Below are positions 37,856 to 50,352 of a stretch of DNA of 64,000 bases, in pieces. The notes beneath the pieces are model-generated. The model was not told the origin of the DNA. It made no database searches and saw nothing but the letters and a program-made list of their open reading frames with translations. A program made the translations under genes and the position numbers. Numbering within the stretch: position 1 is the stretch's first letter; every line of letters starts with the position of its first letter. Where the stretch lies: assembly GCF_056746865.1 (NCBI RefSeq), contig NZ_CM163382.1; one strand, given 5' to 3'.

Positions 37856-39123
37856 CTTGCACCTCCTGGCAGTCGTTGACCGATTCGGGCCAGCACCTGC
37901 TGTTTAAGCCCCTCATCACGCAGTGCTTCCGTCAGTTCAGCAGCAAAGGCGTAGATGATCATCTGCTGGGCATCTTGCTGATTGATCCCGCGCGAGCGCA
38001 GATAAAACATCTGTTCGTCATCAATACGCCCCACCGTCGCGCCGTGGCTGCATTTCACATCATCTGCATAGATTTCCAGCTGTGGTTTCGTATCCACTTC
38101 CGCCAGTTTGCCCATCAGCAGATTATTGTTGGTCATCTGACCATCCGTTTTGATGGCGTGCTGCGCGACGTTGATCAAACCGTTAAATACCGCGCGGCCT
38201 TTGTCGCTGACGATAGTTTTGTGCAACTGTCGGCTGTTACAAAAACCTTTATTGTGTTCCAGCCAGGTACGGGTATCACACACCTCGTTTTTCACCGGCA
38301 TCGCCAGGCTATTGATCCGCAGCGTGCTGTTTTCGCCATTGAGTTGCGAACTGGTGTTGTGTCGTAACACTGCGCCACCCAGCAGGTAACTGTGGCTAAA
38401 TGCGGTGGCATCGTCTGCCAGCAACAAATCGTTATGGGCAAAGTGGTGACTGAGCGGGTTTTCAAACGCCAGCTTGATATGCTGCAAGTGGGCGTTCGCT
38501 GCGACATTGATAGTGAACCGTGCCCCAGTAAAATGACGAGCATCATTAAGGCTGACAAAATGTTCGATCACCGTTGCTTCGGCACCTTCCGCCAGATCCA
38601 GATGATGTCGGTAATGGGCAGTGTTCACCTCTTCACCTGCCACGCCCTGGGTTATATGCATTAACAGCAATGGCTTTACCGGCCGTTGACCGCGCTTCAC
38701 GGCGATATGCGTCACGCTATGCGCCAGGCTTTCCGTCAAATGCAGAAACACTTCCGCCTGAATAGCGTCGGGTAACCCCTGGCGGTCATCGTTAATGCTC
38801 ACTTCATATCCGCTGCCTTCAGTTGCATCGCTCAGTGCTGACACGTAACGTCCATCGACAAATACCAGCCGCACAGCGTCTAACGTTAACGCTAAGGCAT
38901 CTCGCTGCTGTGGGGATATCTCTCCCGCAATGCAGACAAACTGGCTATTGGTCAGCCCTTCCAGCGGCGTATATTTCCAGTTTTCATGTTTCCGTGTCGG
39001 CAGTCCGGTACGCAGCAATTGTTGTAAATGCTGCTGTGCTTGCGGGGAGCGTTTTGCACCCTCGGCTTCAAACAAGTGATGCCACTGTTGCAGCGCGTTA
39101 CTGCTGTTCGGTAAGCCAGCCAT
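37852..39123 (-). CDS. sufD: Fe-S cluster assembly protein SufD
   Basis: 423-aa ORF; overlaps sufC by 26 nt. Confidence 0.95.
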   Translation of the reverse strand: MAGLPNSSNALQQWHHLFEAEGAKRSPQAQQHLQQLLRTGLPTRKHENWKYTPLEGLTNSQFVCIAGEISPQQRDALALTLDAVRLVFVDGRYVSALSDATEGSGYEVSINDDRQGLPDAIQAEVFLHLTESLAHSVTHIAVKRGQRPVKPLLLMHITQGVAGEEVNTAHYRHHLDLAEGAEATVIEHFVSLNDARHFTGARFTINVAANAHLQHIKLAFENPLSHHFAHNDLLLADDATAFSHSYLLGGAVLRHNTSSQLNGENSTLRINSLAMPVKNEVCDTRTWLEHNKGFCNSRQLHKTIVSDKGRAVFNGLINVAQHAIKTDGQMTNNNLLMGKLAEVDTKPQLEIYADDVKCSHGATVGRIDDEQMFYLRSRGINQQDAQQMIIYAFAAELTEALRDEGLKQQVLARIGQRLPGGAR

Positions 39124-39844
39124 AACCCTGCTCCTCCAGTTGTTTGACCAACGTGAAATCGCCGGATTTCACAATTCGTCCCTGATACAGCACATGGACG
39201 TAATCAGGCTTGATGTAGTCGAGAATGCGTTGGTAGTGCGTAACAATGATGAATGAACGCTTGCCGTCACGCAGCGAGTTCACGCCATCGGCAACCACTT
39301 TTAATGCGTCAATATCCAGCCCGGAGTCCGACTCATCAAGAATACATAACTCCGGTTCCAGCACCGCCATTTGCAAAATATCGTTGCGCTTTTTCTCGCC
39401 GCCGGAAAAACCAACGTTTACCGAACGGGTTAATAAATCTTCCGGCATCTTCAGGAGAGCGATTTTCTCTTCCATCAAATCCTGAAAATCAAAGCGGTCG
39501 AGCGTTTCCTGGCCGCGATAGCTGCGCACCGCATTAAGTGCCGTTTGCAGGAAAAACTGGTTACTGACGCCGGGAATTTCCACCGGATACTGGAAGGCCA
39601 TAAAGATGCCTTCACCTGCACGATCTTCCGGCGACAGCGCAAGCAAATCTTTGCCTTTGAACTCAACCGCGCCGCCCGTCACTTCATAATCTTCTCGCCC
39701 GGCAAGCGTTGCCGATAAGGTACTTTTGCCCGAACCGTTTGGCCCCATAATGGCGTGAACTTCGCCGGGACGAACGTCGAGGCTTAATCCACGCAGGATA
39801 GCTTTATCTTCCACGCTGACGTGTAAATCTTTAATACTTAACAT
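39098..39844 (-). CDS. sufC: Fe-S cluster assembly ATPase SufC (ABC-type)
   Basis: 248-aa ORF with Walker A GPNGSGKST and ABC signature. Confidence 0.96.
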   Translation of the reverse strand: MLSIKDLHVSVEDKAILRGLSLDVRPGEVHAIMGPNGSGKSTLSATLAGREDYEVTGGAVEFKGKDLLALSPEDRAGEGIFMAFQYPVEIPGVSNQFFLQTALNAVRSYRGQETLDRFDFQDLMEEKIALLKMPEDLLTRSVNVGFSGGEKKRNDILQMAVLEPELCILDESDSGLDIDALKVVADGVNSLRDGKRSFIIVTHYQRILDYIKPDYVHVLYQGRIVKSGDFTLVKQLEEQGYGWLTEQQ

Positions 39845-39853
39845 GTTTATTCC

Positions 39854-41341
39854 TTATCCGACGCTGTGTTCAAGACTGATGGCGAGGAGTTTTTGTGCTT
39901 CAACGGCAAATTCCAGCGGCAGTTCTGAGAACACGTCTTTGCAGAAACCGTTAACAATCATCGAGATGGCATCTTCTTCGCTGATCCCGCGTTGCAGGCA
40001 GTAAAACAGTTGATCTTCACCAATACGTGATGTTGTTGCCTCGTGCTCCAGTTGTGCGCTGTTATTGCGACATTCGACATACGGGAAGGTATGCGCCCCA
40101 CAATTAGCGCCAATCAGCATTGAGTCGCACTGAGTGAAATTGCGCGCATTGGTTGCCGTCGGCATGATTTTCACTAAGCCGCGATAACTGTTCTGACTAT
40201 GTCCGGCAGAGATCCCTTTCGAGATAATGGTCGATTTAGTGTTTTTACCGATGTGGATCATCTTGGTGCCGGTATCCGCTTGCTGATGACCGCTGGTCAG
40301 CGCCACTGAGTAAAACTCACCAATGGAGTTATCGCCGCGCAAAATACAGCTGGGATATTTCCACGTAATCGCTGACCCGGTTTCTGATTGCGTCCATGAC
40401 ATTTTGCTGTTTTCGCCTTCGCACAAAGCACGCTTGGTGACGAAGTTGAGAATACCGCCGGTGTTGTTATCGCCAGGGAACCAGTTTTGTACCGTGGAAT
40501 ATTTCACCTCGGCGTTTTTATGGATGATGACTTCCACCACCGCCGCGTGTAACTGATAGCTGTCACGCACCGGAGCGGAACAGCCTTCAATGTAGCTGAC
40601 GTAGCTGTCTTCGTCGGCCACCAGAATGGTGCGCTCAAACTGCCCGGTTTTTTCCGCGTTAATGCGAAAATAGGTGGAAAGTTCCATCGGGCAGCGCACG
40701 CCTTTAGGCACATAAATAAACGTACCGTCAGAGGCTACCGCCGCATTAAGTGCGGCAAAGAAGTTGTCATTCCCCGGCACCACGGTGCCGAGATATTTAC
40801 GCACCAGTTCCGGGTGATCGTGGATCGCCTCGCCAAAGGAACAGAAAATAATTCCCTGCTCCGCCAGTTTTTCGCGATAAGTGGTGGCAACCGAAACAGA
40901 GTCGAAAATGGCGTCCACCGCCACCTCTTTGCCTTCCCGCACGGGAACGCCCAACTGCTCAAACGCCGCCTCCACCTCTTTACTTAAAAAGGCGTTCGCG
41001 CCAGTTTGCTGCACCGCGCCGGGTTCAGACGCGCAGTTGTCGTCACAATTACCGCACGATGGTGCTGAGTAGTAGCTGTAATCCTGATAATTCAGCTTGT
41101 CGTAGTGCGCTTTCAACCAGTGCGGTTCTTCCATCTCCAGCCATGCGCGATAGGCGTTGAGACGAAACTCCAGCATCCACTCCGGCTCATTACGCTTCGC
41201 CGAAATTGCGCGCACCACCTCTTCGTTTATCCCCTTTGCCAGCTCATCGGTGGCTAACTGGGTGAAGAATCCTTCTTTATAATTCAGCGGGCCGCCGGTC
41301 CAGGTTTTGACATCGTCAGTTGCTTCAGTATTACGAGACAT
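39854..41341 (-). CDS. sufB: Fe-S cluster scaffold complex protein SufB
   Basis: ORF trimmed to internal ATG ([14 protein letters not shown]...), giving 495 aa. Confidence 0.95.
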   Translation of the reverse strand: MSRNTEATDDVKTWTGGPLNYKEGFFTQLATDELAKGINEEVVRAISAKRNEPEWMLEFRLNAYRAWLEMEEPHWLKAHYDKLNYQDYSYYSAPSCGNCDDNCASEPGAVQQTGANAFLSKEVEAAFEQLGVPVREGKEVAVDAIFDSVSVATTYREKLAEQGIIFCSFGEAIHDHPELVRKYLGTVVPGNDNFFAALNAAVASDGTFIYVPKGVRCPMELSTYFRINAEKTGQFERTILVADEDSYVSYIEGCSAPVRDSYQLHAAVVEVIIHKNAEVKYSTVQNWFPGDNNTGGILNFVTKRALCEGENSKMSWTQSETGSAITWKYPSCILRGDNSIGEFYSVALTSGHQQADTGTKMIHIGKNTKSTIISKGISAGHSQNSYRGLVKIMPTATNARNFTQCDSMLIGANCGAHTFPYVECRNNSAQLEHEATTSRIGEDQLFYCLQRGISEEDAISMIVNGFCKDVFSELPLEFAVEAQKLLAISLEHSVG

Positions 41342-41349
41342 AGTACCGC

Positions 41350-41718
41350 CTATACCCCAAAGCTTTCGCCACAGCCACATTCATTCTGGGCTTTAGGGTT
41401 GTGAAATTTGAATATCTGATTAAGTCCTTCACGAACGAAATCGACTTCCGTGCCATCAATAAACGGCATCGCTTGCAGCGGGACAAACAGCTTCGCACCG
41501 TCGTGTTCAAACAGCAGATCGTCTTTGTCCGGCTCGCTAACACTGTCGAGCACATAGCCAAAGCCCGCGCAGCCCGTTTGCTTCACGCCTAAGCGCACGC
41601 CGACCATACCCGGCTGCTTTGCCACCAGCTCGCGTATGTGGACAGCGGCTGCGGGTGTCAGCGTTAAGCCCTGCCAGGCGAAATCCTGTGGATTAAAGGT
41701 TCCTGAATGCATGTCCAT
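41350..41718 (-). CDS. sufA: Fe-S cluster A-type carrier SufA
   Basis: 122-aa ORF with C-terminal CGCGESF motif. Confidence 0.95.
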   Translation of the reverse strand: MDMHSGTFNPQDFAWQGLTLTPAAAVHIRELVAKQPGMVGVRLGVKQTGCAGFGYVLDSVSEPDKDDLLFEHDGAKLFVPLQAMPFIDGTEVDFVREGLNQIFKFHNPKAQNECGCGESFGV

Positions 41719-41763
41719 CGATTTACCTCACTTCATCGCTTTCAGCGTATAACAGCATGTTAG

Positions 41764-41778
41764 TGATAATGATTATCA
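41764..41778. promoter_or_regulatory. Fur box in the sufA promoter region
   Basis: TGATAATGATTATCA matches the Fur consensus GATAATGATAATCATTATC, about 46 bp upstream of the sufA ATG. Confidence 0.6.
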
Positions 41779-42004
41779 GTTCAACCCAGCAAACGCAGGG
41801 GCTTTACCGTAAAACATGCTTTTTTCTTGCTTTTAATAAGCATAGACCCTGATGTGTGGGTTAACAGGCACGCTAAGAATTAGGTATCTCATTGTTAGAT
41901 AATGATTATTATCTAAGGAGCATTAAGGCTGTGATGAAAAAGAAAAAGTTGTATTGAAAATGACTATTTAAGAGATAGGTAAAAAAGTGCAGCGTTCAGA
42001 AATA

Positions 42005-42113
42005 AGAAAACCCTTAAGTCTGTGCGACACAGGCTTAAGGGTTTCTACCCCATCCGGCGCTTATCTCCGGCACTCTCAGTGGCTTAGCTCTTGAAGGGGC
42101 GATAAGAATAATC
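42005..42113 (-). ncRNA. rydB: Small RNA RydB region (approximate) with its terminator hairpin
   Basis: K-12 rydB lies between sufA and ydiH on the minus strand; a 17-bp near-perfect hairpin (42007-42044) is followed on the minus strand by TTTTCTTATTT; exact 5' end not determinable from sequence. Confidence 0.4.
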
Positions 42114-42266
42114 TCATAAAGCTAAGCCGTCGTTTTAACACAAACTGCGATTAGTATTATTTTTGAACAATATCAGGCGGTTAGATAAGCAGTATTAAGA
42201 AGGTTATCGAACCTGGACGGAGGTTAATCCAGGTCGATTTGGCGAAATTGCAGCATTAAGTCAGGA

Positions 42267-42455
42267 TCAATGCACGCCCAGACGCCAGGCAAAGTAGATT
42301 TCTTCTTTTAATTCAGCAGAAGAGAGAGTAAGCAGGTCAGCAAATTCAAGTTCTAGTTGTTTCAGACGTTTGAGATATTGGGCAGGTGAAAGATTGCTCT
42401 GGTCACGGCGTAAAAATTCAATGGCCAGCTGGGTGGGATCAAGTTGAGTAGACAT
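42267..42455 (-). CDS. ydiH: Small uncharacterised protein (62 aa)
   Basis: ORF trimmed to internal ATG (MSTQLDPTQLAIEFLRRDQS...). Confidence 0.8.
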   Translation of the reverse strand: MSTQLDPTQLAIEFLRRDQSNLSPAQYLKRLKQLELEFADLLTLSSAELKEEIYFAWRLGVH

Positions 42456-42554
42456 AGCATCCTCGCTTTTAGACAAGACCTGCACAGTATACCACCGTTT
42501 ACTGTGCAGATAATAACCAAAAGCAATATGCGTCACACTTTTCTGGTGACAACG

Positions 42555-42965
42555 TCACAAAATGGCGGTCGTTAATCGTGACGAACAGCACAAACGCCCT
42601 TTCTCATCGAAGATTTCAATCTGCCAGACCTGGTGACGCGAACCGAGATGCAACGGTTTGCATACGCCGCGCACCCGCCCTTCTCGTGCCGAGCGGACGT
42701 GGTTAGCATTGATTTCCAGACCAACCACCTTTTGCTCACCTTCGGTACATAAATAACCGGCAACGGAACCGATACTTTCGGCCAGTACCACGGATGCCCC
42801 TCCATGCAGCAACCCGAAAGGCTGCTTTGTCCGCGAGTCTACTGGCATTGTCGCTTCAAGGGTGTCATCACCAATATGTTCAAAGCGAATATCCAGCAAC
42901 CCCACCATGTTTCCTTCACCCATGGCATTCAGTGCTTCCAGGGTGATTTTTCGTTTCCATATCAT
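42555..42965 (-). CDS. menI: 1,4-dihydroxy-2-naphthoyl-CoA hydrolase (hotdog-fold thioesterase)
   Basis: 136-aa ORF, PaaI-like hotdog thioesterase; 4-nt overlap with ydiJ. Confidence 0.9.
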   Translation of the reverse strand: MIWKRKITLEALNAMGEGNMVGLLDIRFEHIGDDTLEATMPVDSRTKQPFGLLHGGASVVLAESIGSVAGYLCTEGEQKVVGLEINANHVRSAREGRVRGVCKPLHLGSRHQVWQIEIFDEKGRLCCSSRLTTAIL

Positions 42966-45900
42966 TTAATAATCTCCAGTAAAGCCTGCACAGGATGGCG
43001 TACCCCCGTGCCTTCGACCCGTTTTACCTGGCTACGGCAGGAATATCCGGTCGCCAGACAGCGATTACGCGGCAGTCGCTGCATCGCCTGATGCCAGGAT
43101 AACTCATAGATCCCGAGCGAATTTTTATGGTTTTTCGCTTCATGTCCGTAAGTCCCTGCCATGCCGCAGCAACCCACGCTGACATTTTCCAGTTTCGCGC
43201 CAAAACGGGCAAATATCGCGGCCCATTGTGCTGGCGCGCCCGGCAAAGCGGTAACTTCGGTACAGTGACCAAAGAAATACCATGATTCACCGCTGACTGT
43301 AGCCACTGGCTGTGAGTCAAGTGCGCTTGCCAGCCATTCATTCGCCAGTAAGACGTTAAACTCGCCACGTTCCTCGCCCAGCGCCAGTTTATATTCATCG
43401 CGATAACAAAGTACCAGCGCCGGATCGACGCCCACCATTGGCATCCCCAGCTTCGCCATACGGTTGAGGAAATCCGCCGTCTTTTTCGCCGTCTTCGCAA
43501 AACGATTAAGAAAGCCTTTGATATGCTGGGCTTTGCCATTTGGCGAAAATGGCAGTAACACAGGCTGGAAACCTAATTTTTCGACCAGACGGACAAAATC
43601 CGCCACCACTTGCGCATCGTAATAGCTGGTAAAGGGGTCCTGCACCACCAACACCGTGCGCGCTTTCTGCTCTGCATTGAGAGCTTCAAGCTGTTCCAGC
43701 GTCATATTCGCCGAGCGATGCCCCACCATTTGTTGTTGCAGCGAGGGGACCGACAGCAGCGGCAAATCAACCATGCCAATATGTTTTTCCGAGAGTTTGC
43801 GCACCAGCGGCTGGTTAATGAAGAAGTTAAAGGTTTTCGGCGCGCGTGCCATCAGCGGTGCGTAGCTCTCGACCGTAGCGACAAGGTGGTCGCGCAGAGG
43901 GCGTAAATAACGGGTGTGATAGAGCTGCAGAAAACGAGAGCGAAACTCCGGCACATCAATTTTGATGGGGCACTGGGTCGAACAAGCTTTACAGGCCAGA
44001 CAGCCCGACATCGCCTCTTTGACTTCGTGGGAGAAGTCATATTCGCCTTTATTCGCATGCCAGCTATTGCGCGTGCGGGCAATTAACGTCCGCAAACTGA
44101 CGCCGGATTCAGGCAGTTCTTGTTCCAGTTTGAGTGGGTCAACGCCGCGATCCGCCAACAAGCGCAGCCATTCACGCACCAGCGTTGCGCGCCCTTTCGG
44201 TGAATGAATCCGGTTCTGGGTGATCTTCATCGACGGACACATCGGACTACGGACATCAAAGTTGAAGCATAAACCGTTGCCGTTACACTCCATCGCACCG
44301 CGCCACTGCTGGCGTACCGCAATGGGGATCTGCCGATCGAATGTACCGCGCTTCACCGCGTCCACTTTCATCATCGGCGCATCGAGACCTTCTGGCGGGC
44401 AAATCTTCCCAGGGTTGAGTCGGTTATGCGGGTCAAATGCCGCTTTCACTTTGCGCAGTTCTGCAAAAAGTTCCTCACCGAAAAACGCCGGGCTGTATTC
44501 AGCGCGAAAACCTTTGCCGTGCTCGCCCCACAACAAGCCACCGTATTTCGCAGTCAGCGCCACCACGTCATCAGAGATTTGCTTCATCAAAATCTCTTGT
44601 TGTGGATCGCACATATCCAGTGCCGGACGGACGTGCAAGACACCTGCGTCGACGTGACCGAACATACCGTAGCTTAAGCCGTGGCTGTCGAGCAGCGCGC
44701 GAAATTCAGCAATATAATCTGCCAGATGTTCCGGCGGTACGCAGGTATCCTCAGCAAACGGAATTGGCTTGGCTGCTCCTTTGGCATTACCGAGCAGGCC
44801 GACAGCTTTTTTGCGCATCGCATAAATACGCTCAACACCTGCCAGCTCACTGCATACCTGCCAGCCGATCACACCTGCTTGCTGACTGGCGATAAGTTCA
44901 TCCAGCCGCGCACAGAGTGCATTTACTCGCTCATCAATCAGCGTCTCATCATCACCAGCAAATTCCACAATGTTCAGCCCGAGCATTTCTTTGTCAGGCA
45001 CATCGGTAATCAACTCGCTGACGGAATGCCAGACAATATCTTCCCGCGCCAGATTCAGCACTTTTGAGTCCACCGTCTCTACCGAAAGCGCCCGCGCCTC
45101 AACCATAAACGGCGCGTTACGCAGCGCGGAGTCAAAAGAGTCATATTTGACGTTCACCAGACGGCGCACTTTAGGCAAGGGCGTAATATCCAGCCGCGCT
45201 TCGGTAATAAAGGCCAGCGTCCCTTCTGAACCCGTCAGAATGCGCGTCAGGTCGAACTCGGTCATCTCATCGTTAAAGACATGACGCAGATCGTAACCGG
45301 TAAGAAAGCGGTTAAGTTTGGGGAAGTTGTCGATGATTAACTGGCGTTGCTGACGGCAACGTTGATAAACCGTGTTATAAATTCGCCCGATTGCGGTATT
45401 GGTTTTACCCAGCGTTTCTGCCAGTTCGACGGGTAAAGATTGCGTATCGAGAATATCGCCCCCCAACAACACCGCGCGTACGCCAAGTACGTGATCTGAC
45501 GTTTTGCCATAGACCAGCGATCCCTGACCGGATGCATCGGTATTGATCATCCCGCCGAGCGTTGCCCGGTTGCTGGTCGAAAGCTCCGGCGCAAAAAAGT
45601 AGCCGAACGGTTTCAGGTACTGATTGAGTTGGTCTTTTATCACCCCGGCCTCAACGCGCACCCAGCCCTCTTCAGGGTTAATTTCGATGATGCGGTTCAT
45701 ATGGCGGGACATATCAACAATAATCCCCTGGTTGAGCGCCTGACCGTTAGTGCCGGTGCCGCCGCCGCGGGGGGTAAAGATCAGCGATGAATAGCGTTCC
45801 TGCGCGGCAAGACGGGCGATCAGCGCCACATCTGCGGTTGAACGCGGAAATACCACCGCATCGGGGAGAAGTTGGTAAATACTGTTGTCGGTCGACATTG

Positions 45901-46018
45901 TCAGACGATCGGCATAACTTGTCGCCGTATCGCCGGTAAACCCCTGTTGCTCCAGCTCTTGCAAAAAATTAAGCACCAGTTGAACGACGCCGGGTGCCTG
46001 GGAAATCTGTGGAATCAT
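42962..46018 (-). CDS. ydiJ: FAD-linked oxidoreductase with C-terminal Fe-S domain (D-2-hydroxyglutarate dehydrogenase-like)
   Basis: 1018-aa ORF: FAD-binding PCMH domain plus CxxCxxCxxxCP clusters. Confidence 0.9.
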   Translation of the reverse strand: MIPQISQAPGVVQLVLNFLQELEQQGFTGDTATSYADRLTMSTDNSIYQLLPDAVVFPRSTADVALIARLAAQERYSSLIFTPRGGGTGTNGQALNQGIIVDMSRHMNRIIEINPEEGWVRVEAGVIKDQLNQYLKPFGYFFAPELSTSNRATLGGMINTDASGQGSLVYGKTSDHVLGVRAVLLGGDILDTQSLPVELAETLGKTNTAIGRIYNTVYQRCRQQRQLIIDNFPKLNRFLTGYDLRHVFNDEMTEFDLTRILTGSEGTLAFITEARLDITPLPKVRRLVNVKYDSFDSALRNAPFMVEARALSVETVDSKVLNLAREDIVWHSVSELITDVPDKEMLGLNIVEFAGDDETLIDERVNALCARLDELIASQQAGVIGWQVCSELAGVERIYAMRKKAVGLLGNAKGAAKPIPFAEDTCVPPEHLADYIAEFRALLDSHGLSYGMFGHVDAGVLHVRPALDMCDPQQEILMKQISDDVVALTAKYGGLLWGEHGKGFRAEYSPAFFGEELFAELRKVKAAFDPHNRLNPGKICPPEGLDAPMMKVDAVKRGTFDRQIPIAVRQQWRGAMECNGNGLCFNFDVRSPMCPSMKITQNRIHSPKGRATLVREWLRLLADRGVDPLKLEQELPESGVSLRTLIARTRNSWHANKGEYDFSHEVKEAMSGCLACKACSTQCPIKIDVPEFRSRFLQLYHTRYLRPLRDHLVATVESYAPLMARAPKTFNFFINQPLVRKLSEKHIGMVDLPLLSVPSLQQQMVGHRSANMTLEQLEALNAEQKARTVLVVQDPFTSYYDAQVVADFVRLVEKLGFQPVLLPFSPNGKAQHIKGFLNRFAKTAKKTADFLNRMAKLGMPMVGVDPALVLCYRDEYKLALGEERGEFNVLLANEWLASALDSQPVATVSGESWYFFGHCTEVTALPGAPAQWAAIFARFGAKLENVSVGCCGMAGTYGHEAKNHKNSLGIYELSWHQAMQRLPRNRCLATGYSCRSQVKRVEGTGVRHPVQALLEIIK

Positions 46019-46406
46019 TATATTGACCCTTTCCTGCGGTCTGTGATGTAGGTCGATACACTATTCTTTCAGGCGGCTGCAATAGCGCACTGAAAGGTGA
46101 TGTTTATTTACTCTATGGATTTCGAGTTGCAGGAAGGCGGCAAGCGAGTGAACTCCAGGAGCTTACAATAGTAAGTGACTGGGGTGAACGAACGTAGCCG
46201 CAGCACATGCAACTTGAAATACGACGAGTAAATCGTTTGCGTGTTGCCTGAGTTGTTGTACCACATTTTTTTCTAACACGCCCATCAGAATTAAGGGCAG
46301 AATCGGCCTGTTAAAAACCGCTGAAATTGCTCATCATTATGCAGGTGAGTTTCGCGTGTTCACGTCGCGTCGACGATTTGACGCACAAAAAAGGTGAAAA
46401 GTAGTT

Positions 46407-47519
46407 ATGGTAAATGTTCGTCAGCCCAGGGATGTCGCACAAATTCTGCTTTCGGTGCTCTTTTTAGCCATCATGATTGTGGCATGTCTGTGGATTGTAC
46501 AACCCTTTATTCTCGGCTTTGCATGGGCTGGTACGGTGGTTATCGCCACCTGGCCGGTATTGTTACGTTTGCAAAAGATCATGTTTGGTCGCCGGTCTCT
46601 CGCCGTTCTGGTGATGACGCTGTTATTAGTGATGGTGTTTATCATCCCTATTGCCTTGCTGGTTAACAGTATCGTCGACGGCAGCGGCCCGCTAATTAAA
46701 GCCATTTCCAGCGGTGACATGACGTTACCCGATCTGGCGTGGCTTAATACCATTCCGGTGATTGGCGCGAAGCTGTATGCAGGCTGGCACAACTTGCTGG
46801 ATATGGGGGGGACGGCGATCATGGCAAAAGTCCGTCCTTATATTGGCACCACCACCACCTGGTTCGTTGGGCAGGCGGCGCATATCGGGCGCTTTATGGT
46901 GCATTGTGCGCTGATGCTTCTCTTCAGCGCCCTGCTGTACTGGCGCGGTGAACAAGTGGCGCAAGGCATTCGCCATTTTGCAACCCGTCTGGCAGGCGTT
47001 CGTGGAGATGCCGCCGTGCTGCTGGCGGCACAAGCTATCCGCGCGGTGGCGCTGGGTGTTGTGGTGACAGCGTTAGTACAGGCAGTGCTTGGCGGTATCG
47101 GCCTCGCCGTATCCGGCGTACCTTATGCAACTTTGCTCACGGTGTTAATGATCCTCTCCTGCCTTGTCCAGCTTGGACCGTTGCCGGTACTGATTCCGGC
47201 GATTATCTGGCTCTACTGGACTGGCGATACCACCTGGGGAACGGTATTGTTAGTGTGGAGCGGTGTGGTTGGCACGCTGGATAACGTCATCCGCCCAATG
47301 TTAATTCGCATGGGTGCCGATTTACCGCTGATCCTGATTCTCTCTGGCGTTATTGGTGGTTTGATTGCTTTCGGGATGATCGGCCTGTTTATTGGTCCGG
47401 TTCTGTTAGCCGTTTCCTGGCGTCTTTTTGCCGCGTGGGTGGAAGAAGTCCCACCGCCGACTGACCAACCGGAAGAAGTTCTCGAAGAACTTGGCGAAAT
47501 CGAGAAACCGAATAAGTAA
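46407..47519 (+). CDS. ydiK: AI-2E family transporter (PerM-like)
   Basis: 370-aa GTG-initiated hydrophobic ORF. Confidence 0.9.
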   Translation: MVNVRQPRDVAQILLSVLFLAIMIVACLWIVQPFILGFAWAGTVVIATWPVLLRLQKIMFGRRSLAVLVMTLLLVMVFIIPIALLVNSIVDGSGPLIKAISSGDMTLPDLAWLNTIPVIGAKLYAGWHNLLDMGGTAIMAKVRPYIGTTTTWFVGQAAHIGRFMVHCALMLLFSALLYWRGEQVAQGIRHFATRLAGVRGDAAVLLAAQAIRAVALGVVVTALVQAVLGGIGLAVSGVPYATLLTVLMILSCLVQLGPLPVLIPAIIWLYWTGDTTWGTVLLVWSGVVGTLDNVIRPMLIRMGADLPLILILSGVIGGLIAFGMIGLFIGPVLLAVSWRLFAAWVEEVPPPTDQPEEVLEELGEIEKPNK

Positions 47520-47704
47520 TTTCTCATCAGGCGGCTCTGCCGCCTGATTGTTAACCCCTGCTAATTGATATTTGCTTGCTCTTCCCCATATTTTCCTGCT
47601 TACCGCCATTCAGCTGGTAGTACCTGTCGCAAATTCTTTACAGTTTTTAAACTAATGAGACGAATCTGATCGACGCAAAAAGTCCGTATGCCTACTATTA
47701 GCTC

Positions 47705-47809
47705 ACGGTTATAAATCAACATATTGATTTATAAGCATGGAAATCCCCTGAGTGAAACAACGAATTGCTGTGTGTAGTCTTTGCCCATCTCCCACGATGG
47801 GCTTTTTTT
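47705..47809 (+). ncRNA. rprA: Small regulatory RNA RprA (rpoS translational activator)
   Basis: ACGGTTATAAATCAACATATTGATTTATAAGCATGGAAATCCCCTGAGTGAAACAACGAATTGCTGTGTGTAGTCTTTGCCCATCTCCCACGATGGGCTTTTTTT matches the known 105-nt RprA, including the terminator hairpin and U-run. Confidence 0.93.
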
Positions 47810-47947
47810 TAACATTTTTCCGCTTCGCTACCTCGCCCCTCACGCTTTCCAATAATGTTGCACAAGATACTGTGACTCTCTTCAAGCCGTCAGCAGGCTG
47901 ATAATGTTATTTATATTTTATTGTTTATTTCATGCAGCCATTACACG

Positions 47948-48304
47948 ATGAACGCTTATGAACTCCAGGCACTCCGCCATATTTTTGCCATGACTATTGA
48001 TGAATGCGCGACCTGGATTGCCCAGACCGGTGACAGTGAAAGCTGGCGTCAATGGGAAAATGGCAAATACGCCATTCCTGATCGTGTAGTCGAGCAACTG
48101 TTGGCTATGCGTCAGCAAAGAAAAAAACATCTTCATGCCATCATAGAGAAAATAAATAACCGCATCGGCAACAACACCATGCGTTTTTTCCCCGACTTAA
48201 CCGCGTTTCAACAAGTCTACCCTGATGGCAATTTTATTGACTGGAAGATCTATCAATCGGTAGCCGCTGAATTATATGCACACGATCTGGAGCGCCTTTG
48301 TTAA
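47948..48304 (+). CDS. ydiL: Uncharacterised protein YdiL (DUF1870)
   Basis: ORF trimmed to internal ATG (MNAYELQALRHIFAMTIDE...), giving 118 aa. Confidence 0.85.
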   Translation: MNAYELQALRHIFAMTIDECATWIAQTGDSESWRQWENGKYAIPDRVVEQLLAMRQQRKKHLHAIIEKINNRIGNNTMRFFPDLTAFQQVYPDGNFIDWKIYQSVAAELYAHDLERLC

Positions 48305-48402
48305 TTTTCCAAAGAAAGGAATTGTCGTTGTTACAACAATAATGAACGGATGCTGACACAACATCGCTTCACTTTTTAAAGCACCTTTGCTAAGTAGAAC
48401 CT

Positions 48403-49153
48403 ATGAAAAATCCCTATTTCCCTACCGCACTGGGGTTGTATTTTAATTACCTGGTGCATGGTATGGGCGTCATTTTGATGAGCCTGAATATGGCCTCGCT
48501 GGAGACGCTTTGGCAGACTAATGCCGCAGGCGTCTCAATAGTTATCTCATCGCTGGGTATTGGTCGATTAAGTGTCTTGCTTTTTGCAGGATTATTATCC
48601 GATCGCTTTGGTCGCCGCCCTTTTATCATGCTCGGGATGTGCTGCTATATGGCCTTCTTTTTTGGCATCCTGCACACCAATAACATTATTATCGCTTATG
48701 TTTTGGGCTTTCTGGCGGGAATGGCAAACAGTTTTCTCGATGCAGGCACATATCCCAGTTTGATGGAAGCTTTTCCACGCTCACCGGGGACAGCCAATAT
48801 TTTAATTAAAGCATTTGTTTCCAGCGGACAATTTTTGTTACCGCTAATCATTAGCCTGTTAGTGTGGGCTGAACTGTGGTTCGGTTGGTCCTTTATGATT
48901 GCTGCAGGCATTATGTTTATTAACGCTCTGTTTTTATACCGTTGTACGTTCCCACCCCATCCGGGTCGTCGCTTACCTGTCATAAAGAAAACCACCAGAT
49001 CTACGGAACATCGCTGTTCAATTATCGATTTAGCCAGTTATACCTTATATGGTTATATCTCAATGGCAACGTTTTATCTGGTTAGCCAGTGGCTGGCACA
49101 GTACGGACAATTTGTTGCAGGCATGTCATACACTATGTCGATCAAACTACTTA
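48403..49153 (+). pseudogene. ydiM: 5' fragment of MFS transporter gene ydiM, interrupted by IS5
   Basis: MFS N-terminal half; the reading frame runs into the IS5 left end at 49154 and terminates 23 nt inside it. Confidence 0.88.
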
Positions 49154-50348
<1,195 letters not shown>

Positions 50349-50352
50349 CTTA

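Noticed and set aside
37627-38367. 246-aa plus-strand ORF spanning the sufS/sufD junction
   Set aside because: Antisense to two well-supported suf genes; Arg/Pro-rich composition typical of GC-rich antisense frames.
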